Part shown: one piece after another, positions 63,223-64,000 of the stretch | Position numbering within the stretch: the first letter of the stretch is position 1 | Layout of the letters: each line of letters starts with the position of its first letter | Origin: an uncultured Actinomycetes bacterium | GTDB lineage: Bacteria; Actinomycetota; UBA4738; HRBIN12 | NCBI GenBank assembly: GCA_963704885.1 | Contig: CAVPIB010000004.1 | Location: 480,001-544,000 of the forward strand | Direction: 5' to 3' | DNA: 64,000 nucleotides | The notes under the pieces: generated by a model | Seen by the model: the letters and a program-made list of their open reading frames with translations, nothing else | Databases searched by the model: none | Told to the model about the DNA's origin: nothing | Position numbers and translations under genes: made by a program

Positions 63223-64000
63223 CACCGATCCTGTCGCCCGATGAGCTCGAGGAAGAGGGCTTCACTACGGTCATCGTGACGTCGGTCGATGTCACGGGCC
63301 GGCTCGTCGGCAAGCGCTTCCCTCCTCAGGTCTTCCGTCGGCTGCTGCACGAGGGTGTGGCGCTCAGCTCTTGCGTGCTGGGCTGGGACGTGGATCAGTG
63401 GCCCGGACCCGTGCAGGAGTACACCGGTCACCACACCGGCTGGCACGACGTCCGCCTGGTTCCTGACCTGCAGACGCTCCGCCCCGCAGCGTGGTTGGAT
63501 CGAACCGCGGTCTGCGTTGCCGACTTCGTGGAGATGCAGAGCGACGAACTCGTTCCTGTGGCCCCCCGGACGATCCTGCGGCGGCAGATCGAACACCTTG
63601 AGAACGCAGGGTTCACGCCTCAGGTGGCGACCGAGTTGGAGTTCGCGCTCTATCGCGGCACGTACGACCAAGGGCGTGCTCAGGGGTACGAGACGCTGCA
63701 ACCGTCAACACTCGCCCGCGCCGACTACACCATCCAGGCGGGCGATCGACACGAGGGATTCTTCGCCGGTGTGCGAGAGGCCCTTGGCGCGTCCAACCTG
63801 GGTCTGTGGACCAGCCAAGCGGAGTGGGGTCTCGGTCAGTGGGAGATCAACCTGGAGTACCAACGTGCGCTGGAGATGGCGGACCGCCACATCCTGTTCA
63901 AGCTGGCGCTGCGAGATCTGGCCGCGGCCGCCGGCATGGCCGTCACGTTCATGCCGAAGCCCTTCGGTGACACGACCGGCTCGTCGTGTCACCTGCATCT
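63219..64000 (+). CDS. Second glutamine synthetase-like protein (runs off window end)
   Basis: Manual translation MTPILSPDEL..DVTGRLVGKR..PDLQTLR..ELEF..EWGLGQWEINL..FMPKP..GSSCHLH. Confidence 0.88.
   Translation, partial: MTPILSPDELEEEGFTTVIVTSVDVTGRLVGKRFPPQVFRRLLHEGVALSSCVLGWDVDQWPGPVQEYTGHHTGWHDVRLVPDLQTLRPAAWLDRTAVCVADFVEMQSDELVPVAPRTILRRQIEHLENAGFTPQVATELEFALYRGTYDQGRAQGYETLQPSTLARADYTIQAGDRHEGFFAGVREALGASNLGLWTSQAEWGLGQWEINLEYQRALEMADRHILFKLALRDLAAAAGMAVTFMPKPFGDTTGSSCHLH

Overview
High-GC bacterial chromosome segment, most consistent with an Actinomycetota member (inferred from gene order and protein families). About 1-26 kb is core backbone: rimM-khpA-rpsP-ffh, ftsY-smc, mutM-rnc-rpmF-DUF177-coaD-rsmD-recG, rpmB, thiD/thiL, ATP-type PEPCK, ddl, cofC and HU. 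From 27 to 48 kb lie tRNA-Gln(CTG) and tRNA-Glu(CTC), three tandem secreted phosphoesterase paralogs, icd, a ppk1-CYTH/CHAD-NUDIX operon, KhtTU and OsmC. The same stretch holds a translationally coupled pair of divergent alanine-dehydrogenase/PntA-fold paralogs with apparently opposite NAD/NADP fingerprints, and a multiply frameshifted PhoX-like gene. From 48 to 64 kb are gltX and an accessory catabolic-looking region: two FAH proteins, an MppR-like ADC protein, a class I glutamine amidotransferase, a polyamine-transporter deletion scar, a MetE-like protein, a P450 with an atypical GGLQEP I-helix, two glutamine-synthetase-like ligases, CMD and SDR. Single-base frameshifts in smc and a response regulator suggest some indels are assembly errors. 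No CRISPR array, rRNA or intact integrase/transposase was seen. All calls come from reading motifs by eye; no searches were run.
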